Positions 34,711 through 47,437 of a stretch of DNA of 64,000 nucleotides are shown here, in pieces (the first letter of the stretch is position 1; every line of letters starts with the position of its first letter). A program made the translations under genes and the position numbers. This DNA comes from Eledone cirrhosa (taxonomy: Eukaryota): positions 12,276,001-12,340,000 of the forward strand of contig OZ024761.1 of the NCBI GenBank assembly GCA_964016885.1, in the 5' to 3' direction. Below the pieces are notes generated by a model that saw only the letters and a program-made list of their open reading frames with translations, was not told the origin of the DNA and did no database searches.

Positions 34711-36694
34711 TGAGGTAGGCTTAAAATTTCATAGGCTCACTATGAAAGAGTGATGCTAGGGCTGTGCAATCTTGCATGTTGAAAAATAAACCTCATTTGG
34801 TCATTCCATGAGAGTATCTTGGTCAGCCTATGAAGGAGTGATGCTAGGGCTGTGCAATCTTGCATGTTGAAAAATAAACCTCATTTGGTCATTCCATGAC
34901 AGTATCTTGGTCAGCCTATGAAGGAGTGATGCTAGAGCTGTGCAATCTTGCATGTTGAAAAATAAACCTCATTTGGTCATTCCATGTGAGTATCTTGGTC
35001 AGCCTATGAAGGAGTGATGCTAGAGCTGTGCAATCTTGCATGTTGAAAAATAAACCTCATTTGGTCATTCCATGAGAGTATCTTGGTCAGCCTATGAAGG
35101 AGTGATGCTAGGGCTGTGCAATCTTGTATGTGGAAAAATAAACCTCATTTGGTCATTCCATGAGAGTATCTTGGTCAGCCTATGAAGGAGTGATGCTAGA
35201 GCTGTGCAATCTTGCATGTTGAAAAATAAACCTCATTTGGTCATTCCATAAGAGTATCTTGGTCAGCCTATGAAGGAGTGATGCTAGGGCTGTGCAATCT
35301 TGCATGTTGAAAAATAAACCTCATTTGGTCATTCCATGAGAGTATCTTGGTCAGCCTATGAAGGAGTGAAGCTAGAGCTGTGCAATCTTGCATGTTGAAA
35401 AATAAACCTCATTTGGTCATTCCATGAGAGTATCTTGGTCAGCCTATGAAGGAGTGATGCTAGGGCTGTGCAATCTTGCATGTTGAAAAATAAACCTCAT
35501 TTGGTCATTCCATGAGAGTATCTTGGTCAGCCTATGAAGGAGTGAAGCTAGAGCTGTGCAATCTTGCATGTTGAAAAATAAACCTCATTTGGTCATTCCA
35601 TGAGAGTATCTTGGTCAGCCTATGAAGGAGTGATGCTAGAGCTGTGCAATCTTGCATGTTGAAAAATAAACCTCATTTGATCATTCCATGACAGTATTTT
35701 GGTCAGCCTATGAAGGAGTGATGCTAGGGCTGTGCAATCTTGCATGTTGAAAAATAAACCTCATTTGGTCATTCCATGACAGTATCTTGGTCAGCCTATG
35801 AAGGAGTGATGCTAGAGCTGTGCAATCTTGCATGTTGAAAAATAAACCTCATTTGGTCATTCCATGAGAGTATCTTGGTCACCCTATGAAGGAGTGATGC
35901 TAGAGCTGTGAAATCTTGCATGTTGAAAAATAAACCTCATTTGATCATTCCATGAGGGTATCTTGGTCAGCCTATGAAGGAGTGATGCTAGAGCTGTGCA
36001 ATCTTGCATGTTGAAAAATAAACCTCATTTGGTCATTCCATGAGAGTATCTTGGTCAGCCTATGAAGGAGTGATGCTAGGGCTGTGCAATCTTGCATGTT
36101 GAAAAATAAACCTCATTTGGTCATTCCATGAGAGTATCTTGGTCAGCCTATGAAGGAGTGAAGCTAGAGCTGTGCAATCTTGCATGTTGAAAAATAAACC
36201 TCATTTGGTCATTCCATGAGAGTATCTTGGTCACCCTATGAAGGAGTGATGCTAGAGCTGTGAAATCTTGCATGTTGAAAAATAAACCTCATTTGGTCAT
36301 TCCATGAGAGTATCTTGGTCAGCCTATGAAGGAGTGATGCTAGGGCTGTGCAATCTTGCATGTTGAAAAATAAACCTCATTTGGTCATTCCATGTGAGTA
36401 TCTTGGTCAGCCTATGAAGGAGTGATGCTAGAGCTGTGCAATCTTGCATGTTGAAAAATAAAACTCATTTGGTCATTCCATGACAGTATCTTGGTCAGCC
36501 TATGAAGGAGTGATGCTCGAGCTGTGAAATCTTGCATGTTGAAAAATAAACCTCATTTGATCATTCCATGAGAGTATCTTGGTCAGCCTATAAAGGAGTG
36601 ATGCTAGAGCTGTGCAATCTTGCATGTTGAAAAATAAAGCTCATTTGGTCATTCCATGAGAGTATCTTGGCCAGCCTATGGAGGAGTGATGCTA
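34711..36694 (+). repeat. 88-bp satellite, ~22 copies, derived from mariner-element ends
   Basis: TATGAAGGAG period of 88 (34741, 34829 ... 36677). The unit halves match mariner left-end (44305, 62897) and right-end (63508) fragments in this window. Confidence 0.92.
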
Positions 36695-36903
36695 TATATA
36701 TAGATATATATATATAGTTATATATACATGTATATTTATATATACATGTATATCTGTTAGAACACGAAAAGTGTGAAACAACAGAATGTTCACTTTTCGT
36801 GTTCTAACATATATGCCTAACATCTTCATAAATTTTTCGGGGATAGCCGTGGTGGTGGTGATCGTATGTCATTGGCTAATTTTCAACCAATCAGAGTAAG
36901 TGT

Positions 36904-36949
<46 letters not shown>

Positions 36950-38273
36950 TATTCCCCCTCTCTCTATATATATCTTACGCTTTCGCTTTACACTCCTCCC
37001 CTTCAATAACACATTTCCCCCTCTCTATATATCTCTTCCACTGTTACTTACGCCTGTTTCTCTCTATCTGTTCCGTCTCTATATATCGCTCTTACTCTTT
37101 CGCTTTGCACTCCTCCCCTTCAATACCATCTCTCCCCCTCTCTATATATTTGTTACTCTATCGCTGCACGCTCCTCTCCTTCAATATATCAATTACACAC
37201 GCTTTACACTCCTTTATCCCCAGCGCCCCTATATATACACCCCCCTCCCGCATCTATATTTTAATGTTCCGTTGCACCGTGAATATATGTGTCTATATAT
37301 ATATACATATATATTGTATATACACATTCATGTATGTGTATACACACTCATGTATGTATATACACTGGTTTTATGTGTGTATTGTAAATTTGTACTGTTA
37401 AAACACGAAACTAACATTCGATTGACACTTTGATTACCTGTACAGGCAATAGTTATTAGAATGCTGTTGAAGTGTGTATATATTTTTGGGGGACATCCTG
37501 TATATACACACATTATATATAATACAATAAACAGATAAATACACACATATATATATGAGCTTATTTAATTATAAATATTGTGAATTTTTAACTCAGTTCA
37601 ATTATATATATAAATGGCTTCTACAGGACTAGAACTGTTTCATTCGAAAGAAATCATCATAATATTGAGAGGGGGGACTAGATAAAATATTTCAAATCAA
37701 ATGTGTATAAGTTATAAGTTAAAATGTATAAATAGAGACGATAGTGGAGGTATATCTGTTTAGTGGAACAGTAGACGATAGAATTAAATACAGACGAGAA
37801 TCTCCCTTTAATGAAACAGCAGACGATAGAATTAAGGCAATTTAAATTTTAAGCATTTGCATTTCATCGTTACGGGGTCGATAAAATAAAGTACCAGTAA
37901 TACACTGTCACTATAAGTAGACGACTTTCAAATTGAATTGTTGGTTCCATTTCTTTAGTATTTTCAATTGTAGTTATCTACTTAAAAAGCGTTACACGGT
38001 TAGAGACATAATTGGTAAGTTATATCTTCCCTATTAAACCATTGCATTATTTCGCCTACAATAGAACAAAAATGAAATGTTCTTTAAAGAAACAGGAATA
38101 TAACTTTATAAAAAAAAAAGTTGCATCCGCTTCTTTTATCATTGATAATTTTTTCGTTTTAATATTAATTGTTTTTTGTAGTTGTTTATATTAAAAATCT
38201 TACTGTAATATTTACTTAAACGAAGGCAGACATCTAAACTTATAGATTAATCTTGAGCGAAGGACTAGATAAA

Positions 38274-38338
<65 letters not shown>

Positions 38339-38636
38339 GAAGAATGATAACATTTCAAGCAAAGAGTTTAATTAGGTAATGACTTACAAATTTGTTTCAG
38401 TATATATTTAATATAATATTAATATATTTTGTAATATTATTAACTAATTATTATAATTAGCGCTTCAGGCTTTGTCTATATACTGAAACAAATGTGTAAG
38501 TCATTACCTAATTAAACTCTTTGCTTGAAATTTTATCACTCTTCGTTTTGAATTTCTCCTAAGTATTCAATACTCTGTTGAGAAATACATTTTACATAAA
38601 CAGTCTTTGTACCATTTATACGGTATTAATTACTTA

Positions 38637-38671
<35 letters not shown>

Positions 38672-38749
38672 CGTATGATTAGAACTGTGTTTATTATTAA
38701 TATTTTAATGGATTTAATGAAAAATTTTAGGTGTTCATATATATATTCT

Positions 38750-38811
38750 AAAACTGCGCGAAATCGTGAATCCGCGATAGTTGAACCGCCAAGTAGCGAG
38801 GTATCACTGTA
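38750..38811 (-). mobile_element. Tigger/pogo-like MITE terminus
   Basis: GCGAGGTATCACTG-TA terminus (CAGTGATACCTCGC on minus) with TA flank. Confidence 0.5.
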
Positions 38812-38837
38812 TATATGTTTAAATATATAGTGTAGCT

Positions 38838-39302
38838 GTGATGTATCTCGCGAGTGAATCGAGACCTGTCACTGATTTTGGTGTCCCCACTGCCGATGTG
38901 AATGAGCAACGCTGCACTTGTGAATTGGGTCTTGATGTTGCAGGCAGTTCATATACTTACAATGATGCGGTCCCACAAGCTTGTTCACATTCCTGTGCTA
39001 ATAATCTAGATGGGCGTATTAAATTGGATGTGAAAGCAGCTTACCGGATGCGGAATCGGGAGAAGTTGAGACAAAAACAGGCCGATTATAGAGCTGTGAA
39101 TTTTGATAAATTAACACAAAAACAGGCCAAGTATAGATGTTCAAAACGGTATGAATTGGCAAACAAGCAGGCCAAGTATAGATCTGCAAATTCAGCTATT
39201 ATATCTCAAAAGCAAGCCGAGCGTAGAGCTTCTAAACGTACCGAGTTAGCTAAAGAGCAGACCGAGTACAGATCTGCAAATATCTTATTGCACAAACAAT
39301 AA
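38838..39302 (+). CDS. Orphan ORF fragment with 15-aa basic repeats (possible Helitron N-terminal remnant)
   Basis: KQADYRAVNFDKLTQ/KQAKYRCSKRYELAN/KQAKYRSANSAIISQ/KQAERRASKRTELAK/EQTEYRSAN. Not microsatellite-derived. Confidence 0.4.
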   Translation: MMYLASESRPVTDFGVPTADVNEQRCTCELGLDVAGSSYTYNDAVPQACSHSCANNLDGRIKLDVKAAYRMRNREKLRQKQADYRAVNFDKLTQKQAKYRCSKRYELANKQAKYRSANSAIISQKQAERRASKRTELAKEQTEYRSANILLHKQ

Positions 39303-39689
39303 TTCTGCACAAATGTTGCTCCATTATTTTGGCAGTATTGGTAGAGGGTCGGATGCCATGCTTTCCAGCATAGTTACGTCCCTTTACGATCTGAGTTCAA
39401 ATCCTGCCGAGGTTGACTTTGCCTTTCATCCTTACGGGGTAGATAAAATAAAGTACCAGTAATGCACTGGGTAATTGCTGGCCTTGTGCCTAAAGTAGAA
39501 ACAATTATTAGATCTAATGTTGCAACGATACAGTTAAATGTTGTCTGTGTATTTTAAAAAAGATTTGCTTATAATCTTTTCAAATTTCATTACGCCAATG
39601 ATTCAAGCTCAAATTGACATTATCTAAAAAATTGTACAAACAGCGGTGGATTAGCAGTAGTGAACAGATAAATCAGTCAATTTATTAAG

Positions 39690-40336
39690 ATTGACTTGGC
39701 ATCAATCAGCAAGACCTTCATTAGCTGCTCTCCAGCCATCTATTTAAAGCTGTATACATCTATGGTACGAATACACTTGGAGTTCGCGCCATCAGTCTGG
39801 AACCCCTATCTTGCTCAGAACATTGACCTCCTGGAAACTGTTCAGAGACATGCAACCAAGCGCATACCCTCCATCAGACACCTACCATACCCTGAATATT
39901 TTGCTTCTCTCTGGCAATGGACTTGGTAAACACCCACAAAGTTATTAACCATCCGACCAACAACAACCCCGAACACCTTTTTGATCTCCATGTGTCTAAC
40001 ACGTGGACATGCCTACAAAGTCAGAAAACAACACAGCTCCCATGACTTTAGGAAATATTTCTTCATGCTCAGAGTTGCTGAAGGATGGAACAAACTTCCT
40101 GCATCAGTTGTTAGCTGATGACACACTGCATCCTTTAAAACCATCATACATTCCGAAATACACCAAAACTACACCTGATGTCCCCCTTCCATACACATGC
40201 ACATATGTGTATATCATGACTCATGCACTGTTCTTTTTTCCTGACGTTTTTATATTACCCTATGTATTATATATGCACTTTTGATGAGTTGTAGTGCACC
40301 TCAGCATTGTACACAATATTTTCATTATTATTATTA
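39690..40336 (+). mobile_element. CR1/L2-type LINE 3' fragment
   Basis: LYTSMVRIHLEFAPSVWNPY...LETVQRHATKRIP with an (ATT)n tail. The same tail is inverted at 3020-3080. Confidence 0.85.
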
Positions 40337-41527
40337 CACTCATTGATCCATTTTGCACTAACTCTGCATCAAGCACCCTCACCTAAATATTAACCAATCA
40401 AGGATCCAATACAGCTATCTGTTGGATGAGTATTGTATAGTGCCAAAAACGAAACCAATCAGTTTAGCAGAAAGTTTCCAGACAAGAAACACGCATATTT
40501 TGCTATCCTCAAACACGTTTACACATGGCATGAAATATAACTAATCCGAGATGGCTAGGTTTCATCTTCTAACTGGATATACGAAATCCATTATATCTTG
40601 ACAACAACATGAGGTAACATTATGTTATTCACAGACACACTTTGTACACTGTTCCATATCAGAATGTATTTCCTTCGTCACATTCACAAACAGTATTGAA
40701 AATATGTTCTTCGGCAAATAAAAATGTTTTGTTCATAATATTTCAACTAGCGATTGCTCTACTCCACGCACGACCACCATAAATTAATGACCAGCTCAAC
40801 ACAAGTATTGGTAGAGCGTCAGACACCATGCTTTGCAGTATTGTTATGGTCCTTTGCATTCTAAGTTCAAATCCTGCCGAGGTTAACTTCGACTTTCATA
40901 CTTACTAATTCGATAAAATAAAGTACCAGTAATGGACTGCCGTAATGGATTTGTGCCGAAAAATAGAAACACTATTAATGTGCAATAAGAGCAAAATATA
41001 ACGACATTGCTCAATTATTTTATCTAATGTTGTAATAACACAAGGAAATGTTGTTTGTGTATTTTTTTTTATATTTGCTCATAGGCTTTTACAATTTCGC
41101 TCAGCCAACAACTATTAAAAAGTGAGTTGCTTAAGATAACAATTTAATCACAAATTGTTGCTATCTTTTAATACACTCCAACAAGTCATCAAATTATGTA
41201 CAATAAAAACAAATCTTATTAATTTGCTCAGGGAATATAAAGAAAATGTATATACACTGATAATTGCAATTGTATGTAAATATTTTGTTTTTGTATTGTT
41301 TATTTTATGTTTTCTATTATGTATAATATATTGATTTAATATTGATTGTTTTTTGTAGTTGTTTATATTAAAAGTCTGAAAATATTTTTATACATCTTAC
41401 ACTAATATTTATAAGATAATTTATAATAACAATTACATAATCTAATTACATTACAACGATAATTTATTATTAATATATATCCTCTTTAACTAGAGTTATT
41501 ACAAGCGTTGCCTTAAAAAAATATTAA

Positions 41528-42484
41528 ACTAGACATGAAAAATGCGCAAGCTCAAAAGTGCCACAGAATGTTATAATAAACCTTCAAAAGTGTGGGACTA
41601 GAGTTGTTGCTAAAAAATATTGTAATCATTATATATCGTACATTCTGTGGCATCCTTTATAAAAATAGCTTAAACCAACGAAGCCTTTATTTTTACGCTA
41701 TTTCACTTGGTTAATTCTTAGAGTGTAACATATAAAAATAAATACATCTATGTTTAATGTAATAACAGCTATAAATAATTACGTAATATTATTATCATAT
41801 ACTCATAGTAACAAAATAATTGTGTTGAAAATTAATATGATGCTTATATGAACGATCAAATCTATAATGATAATTTCTTAAATATACTAATAGTAAAATA
41901 ATTTAGTTATCTATTGTTACATTTTCATAGAACTATAATATTAACAATCGTATTGCATTATCAAATTTTTATCACTACAAACTTTCATATTGGAATTACC
42001 TTAAGCCACTTATTATTACTTCGCTTTCGTACTTTTACAGCTGTAGATATTGCGCTGTATCTTATATCTAATATCAATATCTCATGGTAATTTGCATGCA
42101 GTGTAAAATAGGTTTATTAATAACTTTAATATGAAATGTATTATACAGGGCTGCGGAGTCGGCCAAAAATTGACTGGCTCCAACTCAGGATCCGATACTC
42201 CATTATTTCCTAAATTTCAGCTCCGCAGCTCTGTTATTATATTAATTAATTTATTTTATAGTTGTAAATCATATTTTTATATGTTACACTCTAAGAATTA
42301 ACTAAGTGAAATAGCGTAAAAATAAAGGCTTCGTTGGTTTAACCTATTTTTATAAAGGATGCCACAGAATGTACGATATATAATGATTACAATATTTTTT
42401 AGCAACAACTCTAGTCCCACACTTTTGAAGGTTTATTATAACATTCTGTGGCACTTTTGAGCTTGCGCATTTTTCATGTCTAGT
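41528..42484. mobile_element. MITE with ~213-bp terminal inverted repeats
   Basis: 41528-41740 is almost exactly the reverse complement of 42272-42484 (ACTAGAC...GTCTAGT). Confidence 0.8.
42146..42233. mobile_element. Tiny hAT-like MITE nested in the larger MITE
   Basis: TIRs CAGGGCTGCGGAG/CTCCGCAGCTCTG; flanks gtattata/ttattata (7/8 target-site duplication). Confidence 0.6.
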
Positions 42485-42514
42485 ATATATATACATGTAT
42501 ATATATATACATGA

Positions 42515-42741
42515 GAGATTTGCATGACGTGGAGGTGGATGTCTTCAAGAAACATCTCGACACCTTGTTATCCAGGATCCCGGATGAGCCCACAGCAAGA
42601 CACGAGGGAAACCTAAGGGCAGCAGCAACAAACTCCCTCTTACACCAGTGGCCAACCTATACAGGCTGGAGATAAAATGTGTAGCAACAAGGGCGGTGCC
42701 CCAGTATGGCCTCAGCCGGTTGGCTGAAACAGGTAAAAGAG
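42515..42741 (+). mobile_element. CR1/L2-type LINE 3' end
   Basis: [20 protein letters not shown]...NSLLHQ, stop, then TAAAAGA tail. Confidence 0.7.
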
Positions 42742-42826
42742 TATATGTGTATATATAGATGTAATGTATTAGCCGTCGAAACGGCTTGAGCTCAGCCGTC
42801 GGGGTCTTACTGGTTCCTATACATAT

Positions 42827-42916
<90 letters not shown>

Positions 42917-44295
42917 GTATATATATATATATATATAAATGTATATATATATATATATAATGATGTGTTCACCTATTAAAAATCCACAAAATCCTTTTAA
43001 TATTGTCGTTTTCGCCCATAGCAAGTGTTGTTTCGAAATAATTTTTGCATCCATTTTTGTGATTAAGTAAATACAGAGTTATCGTTCTTGAGATTTCGTC
43101 CTGGTGAAATTTAAGGAACTGATGTCGCTAAAGCGTCAACTTATTTACCAGCACTGGTTGCATCATGGGAGAGGTTAGGGTTGATTTTTTTTTAAATAAA
43201 AAGGCGAGTTTTTTAATTTACTCCTTGCCACCGTGTTTGTTGTTTGATATAAGTAAATAAATAAAAGAATTAATTCCATCCCACACCTCCCTGTAATCTG
43301 AATATCTAATTACCATGGTGTCGGGAGTGGTTAATGTAAACAAAGGGCAATATGTAATCGCTACACCGGCCTCATCATAATTACTATTGTTCTCCTATTT
43401 TTCTTCAAAGCGATTTCGCTTCTTTATTTCATAGAATCGTGGCTAATTAATTTAAAGCCACTCACTGACGATCTCCGGCCTCTCACCCTCAGATGTTCTG
43501 TCTTCTACAACCCCTTTTAAAACAATGAAAGGTGCATTCAACGATGTAGATGTGGGTACCTTGATAATCATATAAACACAGGATGGTCACGGCAGGTATA
43601 CCATCGATTACACACATGTCGGGTCATCTTGTCTTGCTCGTTCAAGACCTGTGAATAAAAGTAAACAACAGCAACACGTCTCTACGTCTATGCTCCACTT
43701 GCTAGAAATAGAAGCCAGGTTTCCTAAGAATTACGGAGGTGAATTAGCTGTGACACATGTAAATACAATCTTTTATATTTTATCTGTGTAGGAAGATATT
43801 AACAATGTTTTTACTTTTGATTATGTATATGTAAATATATGTCTTGATCGCTCAGGTCTGATTTGTCAATGAAAGTAAACAACAGCTACCTTATGAAATT
43901 TTCACCATTTAAACCCCAACAAAATGCATACAGACATATATAAGTATATATATACTCGAAATTATATATATATACGCCAAATTTTTACACGGGGGACAAA
44001 CAGTTCCCATAACCTGAATAGGTCCTCTGAGAACCGACTTATGTATATAGAATAAATGAGATTCCAGCGTTGACCAATATGTGTATATATGACTATCTAA
44101 AACTACATCTTCTAATGTGTCCTTCATTATTTTAAAACGTGGCGAGCGATAAATATTTGGCTGCTATTTCCAGCAATAATTCTAATGTCACTTTTGTGTG
44201 AATATCTAGTAATTAGTATATTCTCTTCTAAATCTTTCTTATATGTTGGGGCTTGTTTAAGACGTCAGCCCCCGTCGGGCTTGACCCAGCAGAAG

Positions 44296-44580
44296 TACGA
44301 AGGTTGGCTGACTATGAAGGACTGATGCTAGAGCTGGGAAATCTTGCATGAATTAATTTCAAGCCTTCTTATTAATAACTGCATTGTTTCTTTCAAAGTA
44401 AATTGACATCTGACTGTTGAAAGAGGACTTCAAATGTAATTAGTAATGACCTCTTGAAAATGGACAACATTTGGCATCGTGGTATTATCAAGTACCTGTA
44501 GAAAAGGGGTTTATCCCCCAAGGACATTCATGTTGACAAGGTTGCTACATTAAGGGATGACACTCCAGCTTTATCAACAA
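44296..44580 (+). pseudogene. Mariner left end and transposase N-terminus remnant (duplicated at 55931-56205)
   Basis: From ATG 44460: MDNIWHRGIIKYL*KRGLSPKDIHVDKVATLRDDTPALST, resembling the mariner HTH N-terminus. Confidence 0.75.
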
Positions 44581-45289
44581 TTCAACAGGCTCTGGTCCAC
44601 AATTATTGTCTCTCCTCCTTCTGCACATTATACCTCTACTACAATGGTCTCTGCTCCTCCCCAGCCCATAAATATGATGTTCCCTCTCTACCTCTACTAC
44701 AATGGTCTCTGCTTCTCCCCAGCCCCTAAATATGCCGTTCCCTCTGCCTATTCTATCTCTACTACTGTAGTCCCTGCTCCTCAGAGGTTGCTGGTCTCCA
44801 CTGAAACACTCATCAGTTATGTTGAAAGCCTCTGGTCTATATAGTCACTACATTGAAGACATCCAACTCTGTTTTCTTCAAACCCACCATAACTTAATTC
44901 CTCTGCTGCTGTAGCTGAAACAATGGTTAGGTTTTTCACTCACCATGGATACCTTTCCATCCTGTTCACAGACACTGGTAAGGGTAACTTAGGAGTCCAT
45001 TGCTCTACCAATCTTCCTCCTTCACACGACAATAACCTTCTGTTATTTTTCCCCTTTCAAAAAAACCTACAACCATAAGAAACTCCTTGTCCACAGTTCG
45101 TGAAAAAGTTTCGGGATAAAAGAACTGGTGTAAACCTCCTTCGAAATGTAACCTTGTAGGAGGTCAGTGTATATATATATATATATATGTAAGTGTAAAG
45201 AGAGCTGGATGATGATCAACGAGATTACAGGAAGGAAGAGAGGGAGTTTGATTTAGATCTGGGGATAAGAAGAGGCTGGACCATTTTAA

Positions 45290-45614
45290 GACCCTACTAG
45301 GAGAGCCACCTTCGACAGCCCAGAATACCAGGGAGATCAGACAGCTGTTTGAGGAACTGGATATTGAGACAGCAGAGAGGGGCTTCAGCGAACCAAGAAG
45401 ATCAAGACCCATGGAGAGGCATCAAAAGTGATGAAGAGGTGTTATTTTGATGATATCATCCTGGAGTTCTGTAACCAGGCACTGGAGAAAGTTGCCCTTG
45501 ATCACTAACATCATCTCAGTACCAAAGAAGGGAGATCTTTCTAACATGAACAACTACAGGGGAATCTCATTGATGTCACTTGTGGCAAAGACCCTCAACA
45601 GAATCCAGCCCGAG
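45290..45614 (+). pseudogene. LINE reverse transcriptase fragment (duplicated at ~56840-57175)
   Basis: IISVPKKGDLSNMNNYRGISLMSLVAKTLNRI. Confidence 0.85.
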
Positions 45615-47258
45615 ATGTATATATATATATATTATAAGAATTTTCTGTACTATGGACATATATTGTTTCCTTTATTTAAGTGTTGTGTTTGCACCACCTT
45701 AATCCATAAACTTTGGTGTAAGCAGGATTAAGCACTCTATGTATCCAACAGTGGTATTGGATTGCTTATAACACATTGAAGTATCAGTGTATATATATAG
45801 TTTGTTTTTTTGTCCCTTTCATTTCATAAAACCAAATACCTAGTTAGCTACAACTACACTGTACTAAACACACTATATATATATACTATGTATGATGATG
45901 TCCAAGGATGATTCAAGTTGGCATTAGTTACATTCTAGAAATATCCCATATTGCTCAATGCACACTCTGAAGGTTTCCTTTTGTCTTCCTCACATGAAAC
46001 AGAACTATCAGAGTCATTCTTTTTCACCGATGAATCAAGAACATCATAAAATTGTACATGAGTTGGCAGTGAATTTTGATTGCTCCACCAAGTCCTATGA
46101 TAATGAACCTAACTACAATATCTCGCAGTTCTAGCATCACTTCTTCAAAGCCAGCCTATGAGCTTTTCAGCTGATCCTCTTTTGTAGAGAAGAATGTTTA
46201 TATAAATGTAGCTTTGTGTGTCTGACTAGAGAAGATTTAGTTGTGTTTATTTGACAAGGTAAGTATTTATATATAACTGTATCTATGTGTAAGTCTAGAG
46301 TAGGTTTAATTTCTTAGAAGAGGTATATATAAATGTAGCTTTATATGTTATGTGTGTAGAGAGAAGATGTTTTGTTTATTAGACAAAGTAAGTATGTATA
46401 TATGAATGTAACAGAATGCCTTCAGTTCTCTGAATTAAAATCCTGCTGAGGTCAACTTTGCCTTTCATCCATTTGAGGTTGATAAAACAAAGTACCAGTC
46501 TAGTATTGAGGTTGATTCTTCTGTTTCTCTGGAAGAAATCTGCTGTATTCAGACCTGGAGAGGAGATGGGTCTGCCAGGTTTTAAAAAGTGCCCTAGAAA
46601 TACTGTATGTCAATGTGTGGCCTGTATGACTCCCTTAGGAGTTGCAGGTCCATGCATACATGTAACTCTCACAGTTTGGAAGTTCTGCATTCATCACATT
46701 GCTCCAGTACTCACAGCCGGGGAGTTAGTCCTGTGGTAGACCAGCGTACTATCCAGGGAGAGTCTTGTACTCTCAGACACTTAACACCAAGCAAACTGGT
46801 CATAAGCTGAGAACAGTCTTTATATATTATACTAAATTTTGGTCTAATCACATATCGATGAAGGAAATCATGGTCTTAAGATGCTTATTACCAAAATACA
46901 TAATTAGTGATTGATACTAATTACTAAGATCGATGGTTTGCATTTTTTATTTTCTGTATTAACATAAACATTACTATCTTGAAGTAAATATACTTATTGT
47001 TCTGTATATATATATGTATTAAATACTAGTAGTTTAAACTTGTTACATATAGAAACGGGATGAAAGTAAGGTAACACACGTGAAAAAGTAATTTCTTTCT
47101 GAAAATATTTCGGAGACGAAGTATAATATTGATAATTATTCGGTAGAGATCTCAACTCTCACCATACGAAATATATTCAGAAAGAGATATTTCTCCACGC
47201 CCTCAGTTATCTCGTCTTCATTCCGTTTTTATATATTTTTAATAAATAAAATTCTAAC

Positions 47259-47437
47259 TATAAGTATGACTAAATTACTCAGTAGAGTTGCGCTCTGTGC
47301 ATGGCGCTGCACGTAACGTTTCGGGCTTCGCTGTCGTACTTCGGTATGGCATGACCATTCTACGTGTCTGAGGATCGAATCGTTGCGGCGGCAGCCCGGC
47401 TTTATGCTGGCCTGCGCCCCACCTCGCATTGAGTTTT
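47259..47437 (+). ncRNA. Candidate Pol III structured RNA, type A
   Basis: TATAAGTA at 47259, A-box-like TGGCGCTGCACG at 47302, B box GATCGAATC at 47373, TTTT at 47434, and a cUUCGg hairpin at 47332-47351. Confidence 0.45.

Noticed and set aside
28080-36694. 48-bp and 88-bp arrays as CRISPR
   Set aside because: No unique spacers, no cas genes, and an animal context; they are plain tandem repeats.
47281-47437. Identification as 5S rRNA, 7SL, U4 or vault RNA
   Set aside because: Only short resemblances (GTACTT..ATGG..TGACC, TGGCGC..GTAG, GGCTGGCTTTA); overall sequence and helix order do not fit.
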